From Thermodesulfobacteriota bacterium (GTDB lineage: Bacteria > Desulfobacterota > Desulfobacteria > Desulfobacterales > C00003060), in contig JAXHVD010000006.1 in the NCBI GenBank assembly GCA_034189385.1, positions 96,001 to 160,000 of the forward strand: a stretch of 64,000 nt of DNA, read 5' to 3'. A program made the translations under genes and the position numbers. The notes beneath the pieces were generated by a model. It was given only the letters and a program-made list of their open reading frames with translations. It searched no databases and was not told where the DNA came from. Every line of letters begins with the position of its first letter. Position 1 is the stretch's first letter. Positions 9,659 through 18,676 of this stretch are shown one piece after another.

Positions 9659-10198
9659 TTACTCGGCAGCCTTCCTCGCCACGAAGCCCTGGGTGTTTAG
9701 GCCTGTCGATGAGGGTGTCCCTGCCTTGCGTGCCAGAAAGGCCGGACCCAGCTTTTCGATATGGCCGTTTATACTGTCAAAGTAGTTGAAATGCTCTTGC
9801 TCTTCGTCGATAACCACCTCAAGAAGCTTCGTGCTGATGCTGTCGCCCTTTTCTTGGCATACCAACAAGAACTGGCTGTAGGCGGCAATGGCATTGTCTT
9901 CTTCTTTTGCGTCGAAAGCGAAAATAGACTCGACCTCCTGTCCTTTTTCAACCTTTCCGGCAAGCTCTGTTGTCGGCTCCCCCCCAAGTTCCTTTATTCT
10001 CTCGGCAAACATTTCCGCATGACGCATCTCGTCGATGGCGATCAGTTTGACCTGGGCCGCCATTTCTCCGTAGTCTGAGTCATCGAGATTGTAGTGGTGG
10101 TTCATATACTGGTGAATGGCCTGCAACTCCATAGCCCGTGCCTTGTTGAGCACTTCAATAACTGCTTGCCTCTTCTCCTCTCTCGTGTCTCTCGTCAT
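9659..10198 (-). CDS. bfr: Bacterioferritin
   Basis: ELQAIHQY, DEMRHAE (heme Met plus ferroxidase ExxH), ERIKELGG, EEQEH. Confidence 0.88.
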   Translation of the reverse strand: MTRDTREEKRQAVIEVLNKARAMELQAIHQYMNHHYNLDDSDYGEMAAQVKLIAIDEMRHAEMFAERIKELGGEPTTELAGKVEKGQEVESIFAFDAKEEDNAIAAYSQFLLVCQEKGDSISTKLLEVVIDEEQEHFNYFDSINGHIEKLGPAFLARKAGTPSSTGLNTQGFVARKAAE

Positions 10199-10377
10199 GA
10201 TCTACCTCCTTGGTTTTATTATCTTAACTAACCGCCGGCTTTACCGGCAGCATAGGGACGGCCCCACGGTTACTTAGGGATCTTGGGAATCAGTATGGAC
10301 GAACGGCGCCTTCAATAACCGCCAGATCCTCCTTATGGTGCATCAACAAGGTTCCGGTAATGGCCCCTCTGGAAAAG

Positions 10378-10809
10378 TCAGGACGTGCCCACCAGTGTGA
10401 CTTCCAACCGCCTCTGGCGGGCACGATTGTCGTGATTGATGACCACCACCTGCTGCCAGGTCCCCAGGGCTAAGGCACCGTCCCGCACGGCAATGGCAAT
10501 GGATGGCCCCAACAGGGCAGCTTGGACATGACTGTGGCCGTTTCCGTCGTGCCATGCCTTTTCGTGTTCGTACTCTATGTCCGGTGGTGCGATTCGCGAA
10601 ATAGCCCTTTTCAAGTCCTCCACCACTCCCGGCTCGTACTCTATGGTGGTAATAGATCCTGTGGACCCCACGATAGATGCATGCAGGCTCCCGTCCTTGA
10701 TGCCGGCCCTTTGTACCATAGCCGTGAGCTTGCCGGTAACATCCATCATATCAGGTCCAGTCTTCAAAGAGACTTGCAGACTGTCACAATATAGAACTGG
10801 GGGGCTCAT
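10378..10809 (-). CDS. YjbQ/UPF0047 family protein
   Basis: GSTGSITTIEYEPG, DGNGHSHVQAALLG, LGTWQQV. Confidence 0.9.
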   Translation of the reverse strand: MSPPVLYCDSLQVSLKTGPDMMDVTGKLTAMVQRAGIKDGSLHASIVGSTGSITTIEYEPGVVEDLKRAISRIAPPDIEYEHEKAWHDGNGHSHVQAALLGPSIAIAVRDGALALGTWQQVVVINHDNRARQRRLEVTLVGTS

Positions 10810-10915
10810 GATGCATTTTCCTCCAATGGACTTTTCTGAACCAAGAGGCGTTGCCTCTATGGTAGTCATTTACCTTCAAAGGATATCACGTACCAATGGG
10901 TTTACCTCTGCCGTT

Positions 10916-11794
10916 TCAGATGAAGTTTTCAACGGCCATCTGTTCTCTTAGGCGGCGTAGCTCCTTTTGAAAGGTGTAGCTTTGTTTTTCCAGGTTTTTC
11001 CAAAACTCCCTGATGCCGGCCAGCTTCTCTTGAAGAGGAGATTCCTTTAGTTTCACTTTCATTTTCCCCCTCTTTCCGGAGCGAATAATGATGACTTCTA
11101 TGTCATCTCTCGGTTCATAATCCTGCAATATGTCCCGGACCTCTGCCGAGGATCCCACTTGTTCATCTTCTATTTTCGTCAAAATATCCCCCGGCCTCAA
11201 CCCTGCTTCCTCTGCCGGGCCGCCTTCTTGCACATCGGCAATGAGAACGCCCCCACGGGGAGCTACACCGAAGTAGCTGGCCAGGTCCTGATTCAGATCC
11301 TGGGGACGGATTCCCATGTGCGGCCTGTCATACCCGGTAAGCCAAAATGGTTGGGGCCATTGCAAGAAAGACTCCGGGCCTTCTTGACCTCCTTCCCGCG
11401 AGCCCAATGAGACCCTCAATCTTTTTTCTTTGCCATCGTGAATGACTTCCAGCCAAACCGTGTCGCCTGGATTCATTCTTCTCAACATTCTACGGAAATG
11501 CCCAGGGCTCTTAACACGTGTTCCTCCAAGGAAGAGCATGATATCTCCTGCTTCCAGGTCCACCATATCGGCTGGGGAATCATCTACGACGGCGGTGATC
11601 AATACCCCTTGGCCGGGCTGGATACTAAACCGCTCTCGATCCATAGCGCCAATTTCTTCCACCAAGACCCCGAGCCAGGCGGATGTGTTATCTTTGCCTA
11701 CTCCGGCCTGGGCCCACTGTGGTTCCAGACCCCAGCCCACGACCAAGAAAAGGATTCCTATCTCTAACAAGACACCACCCCTTCTTACCTTCAT
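10916..11794 (-). CDS. Exported tandem PDZ-domain protein without protease domain
   Basis: Signal/TM segment; WLGV...GVLITAV..DSPA..LEAGD and HMGI...GVLIADV..GGPAEEAGLRPGD. Confidence 0.85.
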   Translation of the reverse strand: MKVRRGGVLLEIGILFLVVGWGLEPQWAQAGVGKDNTSAWLGVLVEEIGAMDRERFSIQPGQGVLITAVVDDSPADMVDLEAGDIMLFLGGTRVKSPGHFRRMLRRMNPGDTVWLEVIHDGKEKRLRVSLGSREGGQEGPESFLQWPQPFWLTGYDRPHMGIRPQDLNQDLASYFGVAPRGGVLIADVQEGGPAEEAGLRPGDILTKIEDEQVGSSAEVRDILQDYEPRDDIEVIIIRSGKRGKMKVKLKESPLQEKLAGIREFWKNLEKQSYTFQKELRRLREQMAVENFI

Positions 11795-11810
11795 CAATGG
11801 CTCCTTTTTT

Positions 11811-12506
11811 CTAAGCTTCCTCATCAATGGCCTGCACATAGACCCGTGCAGTCCCTTTGTCGTAGAAGCCGAGTTTGCGGGCAGCGCCGGCGCTGAGGTC
11901 GATGATGCGACCTTTGACAAAGGGTCCGCGGTCGTTTACCCGCACAATGATGGAACGGCCGTTTTCCAGGTTTCTCACGCGAACGTATGTAGGCAAAGGA
12001 AGATACTTGTGGGCGGCACTGAGACCCTTTGGATCGAACCGCTCACCGTTCGCAGTCATACGGCCGCCTTTCTTATTAAGGGTCTCATACCCATACCAAG
12101 AGGCTGTCCCTTTTTCTTGATATGTCTTTGCCTCCTGCACAGACATGGGGACATAACGCCTGCCATAGACCACATAAGGAGCATTCTTCACTCGGCCCTT
12201 CTCAATGGCTTCCTTTGGGGAGAGACCGTCGATGGATTCGATTTCTTCATGGGTCAGGGGCCAGACAAGAGGCGCCATGGCCACACGGCAGCCGAATTTG
12301 CCAACCTTATAAGCGATCTTCCCGGTCCCCACGGTGGCCTTCGTGGCCCCCTTTGTCACGGCATAGGATGTCTTTACCGTCCCTTTGGCCAGCCGGTAGG
12401 TCGTTAAAGGGATGCCGCAACCAGGAACAGACCAGGCCAGGAAGACCATGACAATGATTGCGAGACCTTCTCGCCCGTGGAGCACGTGACAACCCTTGAC
12501 TTGCAT
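11811..12506 (-). CDS. rlpA: RlpA family septal ring lytic transglycosylase (lipoprotein)
   Basis: GTASWYG, TANGERFD...SAAHKYLPL, VRVNDRGPF..GRIIDLS..AA. Confidence 0.92.
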   Translation of the reverse strand: MQVKGCHVLHGREGLAIIVMVFLAWSVPGCGIPLTTYRLAKGTVKTSYAVTKGATKATVGTGKIAYKVGKFGCRVAMAPLVWPLTHEEIESIDGLSPKEAIEKGRVKNAPYVVYGRRYVPMSVQEAKTYQEKGTASWYGYETLNKKGGRMTANGERFDPKGLSAAHKYLPLPTYVRVRNLENGRSIIVRVNDRGPFVKGRIIDLSAGAARKLGFYDKGTARVYVQAIDEEA

Positions 12507-12572
12507 ATTCTGTTGTTCCCAGCTTGTTTTTGCCTACCATGTCCTATACCTGGAATTCTGCAAGCCTTCAAT

Positions 12573-12766
12573 ATTGATGACGTGTAAAAAGTCCATTTTG
12601 CGCTCTCCGTGAGCATGTTGGGCACCCTTAGAATGCTAGGCTAAAAAGCTAAGACTCCGGCTAACATCCTTTAACAGTTAGCATTCTCCCGCGCAGAACA
12701 TCCCAAGTGCTTTTCTTCTAACATGCTCAATATCCTTCGCACAGGACTTTTTATGAAACTATCAAT
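12573..12766. mobile_element. MITE-like nested palindromic element (about 194 bp)
   Basis: Imperfect terminal IRs attgatgacgtgtaaaaagtcc / ggactttttatgaaactatcaat; inner IRs tgagcatgttg/taacatgctca and agaatgcta/tagcattct. Confidence 0.7.
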
Positions 12767-12942
12767 GCGATCACACCCTATGGTCATGCAGCACTTCACA
12801 GTCTTCCACAGGCAGCGCCGGTGTGAGGGGTCCGGCAAGGTGTTGCCATGAACCTGCGGTTCTTGTTATAGAAGGCCCAAATATGTTGGTCGCCAGTCAT
12901 TCTCGACACGGGGCAAGGGACCAAGGAGAGAGGAAACAGATC

Positions 12943-13551
12943 ATGAAGGCGCCTTTTGAGCCTGTGACCACCAACCTGGCCTATGAAGAGGCCGCAGCCC
13001 TATTTGATGATCATGTGAAAGACCCAGGGATCCGCATGCATTGCAGAGCGTCTGAACAGATCATGAGGGGGCTGGCACGGCACTTCGGCCAAGACGAAGG
13101 GCAGTGGGGCATCCTGGGGCTCCTCCACGATATTGATTTTGACAAGACAAAAGATGATCCGGTGAATCACTGTGTCCTTGCCCGAAAAATATGGCAGGAT
13201 GCGGGCGTTTCGCATGAGGCCATAGAAATCATGGGCTCCCATGCTTGGGGAACAGGGTGCGGTGGAGGAAAGGTAGAGGAGAAAAAGAGAACTAGGGCCA
13301 TTGAACACGCCCTGGTGGCGTCAGAAACCATTACCGGTCTCATACATGCAGCGGCTCTCATGAACCCTGAGAAGAAACTTGCCAACGTAAAGGTGAAATC
13401 TATCAAGAAAAAATACAAGAGCAAGGCCTTTGCCCGAAATTGCAATCGCGAATTCATTGCAGAAATTGAAAACGTGGGGCTCCCGTTGGAGGAGTTCTTT
13501 GGTATTGCTATCAAGGCCATGCAAGAAATAAGTGACGAATTGGGACTGTAG
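12943..13551 (+). CDS. HD/HDIG domain metal-dependent phosphohydrolase
   Basis: MHC..., [30 protein letters not shown] 12943 with gagagg RBS. Confidence 0.88.
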   Translation: MKAPFEPVTTNLAYEEAAALFDDHVKDPGIRMHCRASEQIMRGLARHFGQDEGQWGILGLLHDIDFDKTKDDPVNHCVLARKIWQDAGVSHEAIEIMGSHAWGTGCGGGKVEEKKRTRAIEHALVASETITGLIHAAALMNPEKKLANVKVKSIKKKYKSKAFARNCNREFIAEIENVGLPLEEFFGIAIKAMQEISDELGL

Positions 13552-13763
13552 CCGGAGGCCCGCCAATACGCCATCGCCCCAAGATGAACCAAGATCTGAC
13601 CGTTTGCCCCCTGCCTTTGCTCTCTTCTGTGAACCATTTTGGGTTTTTGGTGAGGCTGTTCTTTAATAGGGGGCGGCGCAGCCCTGTCCGTGTGCGAAAT
13701 CTCCTTCACAAAGCACGGGCTCTTCGAGCCCTAAAGGGCAACTGCAATGAAAGGAGTTCAGAG

Positions 13764-14183
13764 ATGATGAAAAGCTATCGAAAGGAGCTATGGTTTGAGG
13801 TGCCCACCCGCCGTGCCTTCATCAACATTACTCCCCAGGTGGAGGCCTGTCTTCAAGACAGCGGGATACAAGAAGGGCTTGTGCTGGTAAATGCCATGCA
13901 CATCACGGCTTCTGTCTTCATCAACGATGACGAATCCGGGCTTCATCACGACTATGACCTGTGGTTAGAAAGATTGGCGCCCCATGAACCGGTCTCTCAA
14001 TACCGTCACAATGTGGGAGAGGACAATGCTGACGCCCACATGAAGCGACAGATCATGGGCCGCGAGGTGATTGTCGCGGTGACAGGAGGAAGGCTTGATT
14101 TCGGCACTTGGGAACGGATCTTCTATGGTGAGTTCGACGGTCGAAGAAAAAAGCGGGTGTTGGTCAAGATGATTGGAGAGTGA
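13764..14183 (+). CDS. YjbQ/UPF0047 family protein (second paralog)
   Basis: [47 protein letters not shown] aaggag. Confidence 0.93.
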   Translation: MMKSYRKELWFEVPTRRAFINITPQVEACLQDSGIQEGLVLVNAMHITASVFINDDESGLHHDYDLWLERLAPHEPVSQYRHNVGEDNADAHMKRQIMGREVIVAVTGGRLDFGTWERIFYGEFDGRRKKRVLVKMIGE

Positions 14184-14405
14184 AAAAGGCAAGTTTTCAT
14201 GATGCTTGACAGAGCCAGATCTTCCTGATATGGAGCCGCCTTGTTATGTCGAGGCCTTGGGATTTAGAGCAGCATTCTGCTCCTCCACCATGCCGACAGG
14301 TGGCAAAGAAGGCCTTGTGAGAATCGGTCACAGGCATTGCTGGGCAGGCATCGGTTGAATACAGAAGGGCTATCCATGAACCGTTTCGCAAAGGGGAATC
14401 GACGT

Positions 14406-14741
14406 ATGAAACCTGCTCTCTTTACGTCTATTGCAGCCATCGCTTTGTGTTTATCAGTGTTTGCCTGTTCCACGACGCGCAAGCTGAACGACCTGACCAT
14501 TGGGATGACCACAACGGAAGTGACTGCACTCATGGGCGAACCGGGCATTGCCCGTGAGCCCATGACCAACCAATACGGTCAGGTCATTGAACTATGGCAC
14601 TATGAAATGTACAACAACCGAGTGGACGCCTACCAAGCGTATTTTCTCTATTTCTATGAAGACAAACTGGCTAAATGGGGTGAAGCAAACCATTTGCCGC
14701 GCGCGAAGGTCTATGAAATGAAGTTTGAAAGCCAGAGGTGA
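14406..14741 (+). CDS. Small lipoprotein, BamE/OsmE-like fold
   Basis: Lipobox VFAC; L..GMT..EV..LMGEP...W.Y...YFLYF...KL..WG. Confidence 0.75.
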   Translation: MKPALFTSIAAIALCLSVFACSTTRKLNDLTIGMTTTEVTALMGEPGIAREPMTNQYGQVIELWHYEMYNNRVDAYQAYFLYFYEDKLAKWGEANHLPRAKVYEMKFESQR

Positions 14742-14876
14742 CAATCGACAATTATGGCATGAATGCCACAATTGGGGTGGTGATGCCATACCATCGGCGC
14801 CACAAAATTGCCTCGCCCAAGGGCGATCTAATTCGTGATTTATTGAAATTTCAACATGATAAAGGATGGGTTCTTT

Positions 14877-14892
14877 TGGCACAATAAGTGCA
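14877..14892 (+). promoter_or_regulatory. Putative sigma54 promoter
   Basis: TGGCACAATAAGTGCA = GG-N10-GC; AT-rich IHF-like tract just upstream. Confidence 0.65.
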
Positions 14893-15022
14893 GATACAAC
14901 ACCATGTACGCGGGAGAATTCTGGGGCCGGTGGCAACATAGAGTCTCACCGCAACCATAATAGGATTTAGGATGAGACACCGACCCCGGCTCCGGAGCTG
15001 CCGCTCATTTCTCTGATTCCCA

Positions 15023-15055
15023 GCCATATTTTTGACAATCCGTCAACACACCGAC
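15023..15055. promoter_or_regulatory. Tandem 14-bp palindromic boxes (candidate enhancer-binding-protein UAS)
   Basis: GCCATATTTTTGAC (15023-15036) and GTCAACACACCGAC (15042-15055), about 100-135 bp upstream of a sigma54 motif. Confidence 0.45.
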
Positions 15056-15157
15056 TCTACAGACAACCTTTTCCGCACCCCCATGGCTTGCATTTAACCG
15101 ACAGAAACAGTCTTTGGGGCATGTATTCTTTCCTAAAACGCCTCGATCCATTGCAGT

Positions 15158-15173
15158 GGGCACAGATCGTGCA
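15158..15173 (+). promoter_or_regulatory. Putative sigma54 promoter for the REC-HD-GYP gene
   Basis: GGGCACAGATCGTGCA, GG-N10-GC, about 97 bp upstream of the ATG. Confidence 0.55.
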
Positions 15174-15269
15174 GAGGCCCTGGGGAAGAGGTTTCCCATT
15201 TCCTGAAGGTAACCAGCCAGCAGCTCTCTCTTGGCATGGCGTCATGGCGGGAGAAACAGGTGGTGATCA

Positions 15270-16430
15270 ATGCGTATTCTCGTTGTTGAAGATGATGAGC
15301 CGACCCTGCTTCTCATGAAAGAATGGCTCGAGGGTTGGGGCCACACCGTTTATCCAGCGGAAAGCGGATTGGAGGGATGGACAAAGCTCAAGTCTGTTCC
15401 TGTGGACATCGTCGTGACCGACTGGATAACGCCGGAGATGAACGGGCTGGAGCTTTGCGAGCGTCTACGGAAGGCCGAATTCGGACGTTACATCTATCTC
15501 ATTCTGGTCACTGCCCAAGACTCACAACAAAACATCGTCCGTGGTCTCGAAGCAGGGGTAGACGATTACATTACAAAACCGCTCAACTTCGAGCAGGTGC
15601 GTGCACGCCTTGATATTAGTGCTAGGATCTTAAAACTGAAAAGTGAGCTCACTCGCAGGGACAACGTCATAAGGGACAACTATTTTCAGGCGATTCATAT
15701 GCTCATCAACCTGATAGCAGCCTTTAATGAGGACCTAGGCAACCACTGTAGAAGGGTGGCTACGTTATCTGTCAGGTTGGCAAAGCGCCTCCCCGACGTC
15801 TCGGACTACGACCTGTCCATTGTTGAGGCCACCGGCCTTCTTCATGACATCGGCATGGTAGGCATGCCGCCTAGCGTCCTGACAAAACGAACGACAGAAA
15901 TGAACGGTGAGGAAAAGGATTCTTACAAGTGCCACCCCGCTTACGGAGAAACTATTTTAAATAAAGTTAAAATGTTACAGCCTGTAGCTGCGTTGGTCAG
16001 GGCCCATCATGAACAGTTTAACGGTCGGGGCTTCCCTGACGGCCTGAAAGACAACGAAATCCCTCTTTTGGCGAAGATCGTCTCAGCGGCAGATGCTTAT
16101 GACAAGGCTTTCTACAACTGGAAGATACCATTGGAAGAGATCCCCGACTGTCTGCAACGGCAGCGGGGGTATCAATTGGCGCCTCCCTTAGTGGATCACC
16201 TTATGGAAATCAACTTGGAGGACATAGAGGAAGAACGAAGAAAGGACTTCTTTGAAGTCCTTTTGGATGACGTGCAGGAAGGCATGACGCTATCTCGCAG
16301 TGTGAGAATGAAAAATGGGACACTCGTCATGCCGGCCAACACGGAGCTGACCAGCTACGGCATTGAAAAGCTAAAGGAATATGTAGAGCTGAAACGTATC
16401 GGCAACAGACTCTATGTCTACAAGCATTAG
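15270..16430 (+). CDS. Response regulator with HD-GYP-like output domain
   Basis: REC (VEDD, VTDW, VTA, KP); H..RVA, LLHDIG, HP..GE, HHEQFNGRGFPDGL, IVSAADAYD. Confidence 0.9.
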   Translation: MRILVVEDDEPTLLLMKEWLEGWGHTVYPAESGLEGWTKLKSVPVDIVVTDWITPEMNGLELCERLRKAEFGRYIYLILVTAQDSQQNIVRGLEAGVDDYITKPLNFEQVRARLDISARILKLKSELTRRDNVIRDNYFQAIHMLINLIAAFNEDLGNHCRRVATLSVRLAKRLPDVSDYDLSIVEATGLLHDIGMVGMPPSVLTKRTTEMNGEEKDSYKCHPAYGETILNKVKMLQPVAALVRAHHEQFNGRGFPDGLKDNEIPLLAKIVSAADAYDKAFYNWKIPLEEIPDCLQRQRGYQLAPPLVDHLMEINLEDIEEERRKDFFEVLLDDVQEGMTLSRSVRMKNGTLVMPANTELTSYGIEKLKEYVELKRIGNRLYVYKH

Positions 16431-16441
16431 GGGAGAGTCAA

Positions 16442-16790
16442 ATGGACATTGCACCGGTCATCGGCCTTAAGGGGGGCTGCACCGAGGTGGCCAGTTTTCT
16501 TGATGGCAGTGGTTTATGTTTGTCAATTCCCCTAGCTTCGTGCTTCATCAAATTCTCCAGGAGAAATGTGATTCATTCCATCAAATTAGTCTGAAGGGCG
16601 TTCATGTGTAAAATGGGGCCAACAAATAAGTCCATAAAAAAGTGGCGTTTTTGCTAAAACCGTCAAGAAAGAGGCGTTGCTTGCCTCTTTCTAACGGGTT
16701 GCGCCAGCGCCTGGCGGACCATTCCAACATCTGACTATCCCGGGCTTCTCAAGAGTGCCTCATTGGCCATTTCCCAGAAACGAATCGTCT
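16442..16790 (+). pseudogene. Decayed motA/pomA-like stator gene
   Basis: RBS ggagag plus MDIAPVIGL; in shifting frames FVNSPS, FIKFSRRNVIHSIKLV*RAFMCK, FAKTVKKEALLA, in the order of MotA landmarks; upstream of a MotB-like gene. Confidence 0.6.
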
Positions 16791-16867
16791 TTCAATGCCC
16801 TGCACTGGTCCGTTCTTTCCTGTGATTACTATCGTCATCTTTAGTGGCCATGATGATGCCTTTTGCC

Positions 16868-17010
16868 TTGCACCGAATAAGCGAGCGCATTCCCCTTAGC
16901 TTGCTACGGGGTTAGCGAGCGTATAGTTAAACAGATAACAACCTTACGGTGCTGCGGAGCTCTCCCGTCAGGGAGAACATTCCCAGTGGCTTGCCACGGG
17001 GAGGGTTCAA
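16868..17010. mobile_element. 143-bp structured palindromic (MITE/REP-like) element
   Basis: Ends ttgcacc...ggttcaa; hairpins ccccttagcttgctacgggg, tctcccgtcagggaga, cccagtggcttgccacggg; repeated gcgagcg. Confidence 0.65.
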
Positions 17011-17190
17011 TTACCCTAAAGTCTTTTTTAAAACTGCCGATCTTTAGCAGTGAAAGGCGGTCGGAATGGATTCTCAAACAAAGGCCAATGGTCCCAGGCC
17101 CTAAGGCATGGGGCCGAGAGGAAGGGTGATGGGTTGGGCCTTTCGCAAAAAGCGACTGGGACATGCTGTGGAAGGACCCTTTGCGAGACG

Positions 17191-18417
17191 ATGAAGCCCA
17201 GGAGTATAACTCAAACCATCGTGCGATACGCCTTGATAACAGTGGCTTTTTTGATCGGCTGCTCCTATCAGCGCCACGTCACGCTTCCACTCCCTGATTT
17301 ACCCGAGGGCGTTCACGCCATCCCAAAAGAGAACATTTACGGGTCTTCCAGGGTGGCGGTCTTTGCATTTGCAGAGCCCTCTTACGCCCCTGGAACGGGA
17401 AGGCTTGCTGCGCAAACGATCGGTCATGCCTTGTTGAAAGAAGGCGTGTTTTCAGACGTGGTGGATGAATCTCAGCGGGTGTTCTTCGGCACAGCAAACC
17501 CCATGGATCTGGCCCGATCCGAAGCCTACGACCTGATCATCACCGGAGAGGTCCTCTACCACTTTGATGGCAGTGCATTACAAGCATCAAGGGTCACGGA
17601 GCGGATCCGCGTCAGGCACGTGGCCACCAAGAGGCTCCTCTGGCACGCCACTGCGGCAAGTGCGGGGAGGGCTGCCCCTTCTTTTGACTACATCCTGGTC
17701 AAGGGCATGGGATGTCCTGCGCTGCCCACCTCTGCCTTATTGCGGAGAAACGCGGAAAAGTTCTGTAACATGCTTCTCAGGCAGCCGCCTCAAGCCGCTC
17801 CCGCTGAAGAGAGTAGAGAGCTGCTGCTGATATCCCAGCAGTCGGCCTTGGAAGGGCTCCAAGAAAAGGTTAATGACCTGCTGGCACACAATGACGTGCT
17901 GGAAGAACAGCTTTGGGAAGAAATCCAGAAAAGCGAGGGGCTCCTCAAAGAGGTGGATAACCTTTCCGCACAGGCCGATCAAATGGAACAAGCGCTCAAA
18001 GAAGAGATCGAGAGGGGAGAGATCGCGCTGAAACGATATACTACTAAGACCGTCGTAAACCTGGACAACAGTATCTGTTTTGACTCCGGCTCAGCAAAAC
18101 TGAAAAAGGAAGTGAAAAAATCCCTGGCCAAACTCTCTAAGACCTTAAAGGACTTCCCAGATAACCATATCCAGATAGAAGGGCACACGGATGACCTTCC
18201 CACTCATGGCTATGATTTCTCTTCCAACTGGGAGCTTTCCTCAGCCCGTGCGGTGGCTGTCCTGCAATTCTTGGTGGGAAAAGGAGACATAGACTCCAAA
18301 AGGCTCTCTGCCGTGGGACACGGCGAAAACCGCCCCACCGTCCCGAACGATTCGCCTGAACACAGACGGATGAACCGCAGGGTAGACATTGTGGTTCTGC
18401 CGCCAAAGGCCCATTGA
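17191..18417 (+). CDS. Lipoprotein: CsgG/PelC-like N-domain, coiled coil, MotB/OmpA peptidoglycan-binding domain
   Basis: Lipobox LIGC; RVAVFAF...DLIITGEV...LLW; FDSGSAKL, IEGHTDD, NWELSSARA, NRRVDI. Confidence 0.85.
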   Translation: MKPRSITQTIVRYALITVAFLIGCSYQRHVTLPLPDLPEGVHAIPKENIYGSSRVAVFAFAEPSYAPGTGRLAAQTIGHALLKEGVFSDVVDESQRVFFGTANPMDLARSEAYDLIITGEVLYHFDGSALQASRVTERIRVRHVATKRLLWHATAASAGRAAPSFDYILVKGMGCPALPTSALLRRNAEKFCNMLLRQPPQAAPAEESRELLLISQQSALEGLQEKVNDLLAHNDVLEEQLWEEIQKSEGLLKEVDNLSAQADQMEQALKEEIERGEIALKRYTTKTVVNLDNSICFDSGSAKLKKEVKKSLAKLSKTLKDFPDNHIQIEGHTDDLPTHGYDFSSNWELSSARAVAVLQFLVGKGDIDSKRLSAVGHGENRPTVPNDSPEHRRMNRRVDIVVLPPKAH

Positions 18418-18449
18418 CCTGAAAAAGCGGTTAAAATAACCTGTGAAAG

Positions 18450-18463
18450 GTCAACGATTTGAC
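18450..18463. promoter_or_regulatory. Perfect GTCAA-N4-TTGAC palindrome (candidate UAS)
   Basis: GTCAACGATTTGAC, about 105 bp upstream of the sigma54 motif at 18568. Confidence 0.5.
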
Positions 18464-18567
18464 GCATGGTCGGGGACGTCACCATGCCATCAACCTTATG
18501 TTGAATTACCCCCTCCGTAAGCCCCCATATACTGTAGTCTTCAGGCCCATATCTTGGACGAACACGT

Positions 18568-18583
18568 TGGCATGATTCCTGCC
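18568..18583 (+). promoter_or_regulatory. Putative sigma54 promoter for the ATPase-HDOD pair
   Basis: TGGCATGATTCCTGCC, GG-N10-GC, about 95 bp upstream of the ATG. Confidence 0.65.
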
Positions 18584-18676
18584 TAAAAGGGGTTGGACTT
18601 GGTTCTCCCGTACCTTCCGTGAAGTTGGCGGTGGTGGAGACATCCGGTACATCCAACAGGTTGAGAGGCAGGCTTC

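Noticed and set aside
11442..12407. 321-aa + strand ORF
   Set aside because: Antisense shadow of rlpA and the PDZ gene; no motifs
16845..16860. Weak sigma54-like motifs TGGCCATGATGATGCC and, near 22843, TGGCGTTGCTCTTGGC
   Set aside because: They deviate from consensus; the first lies in the presumed motA remnant region and the second lacks GC at the -12 spacing
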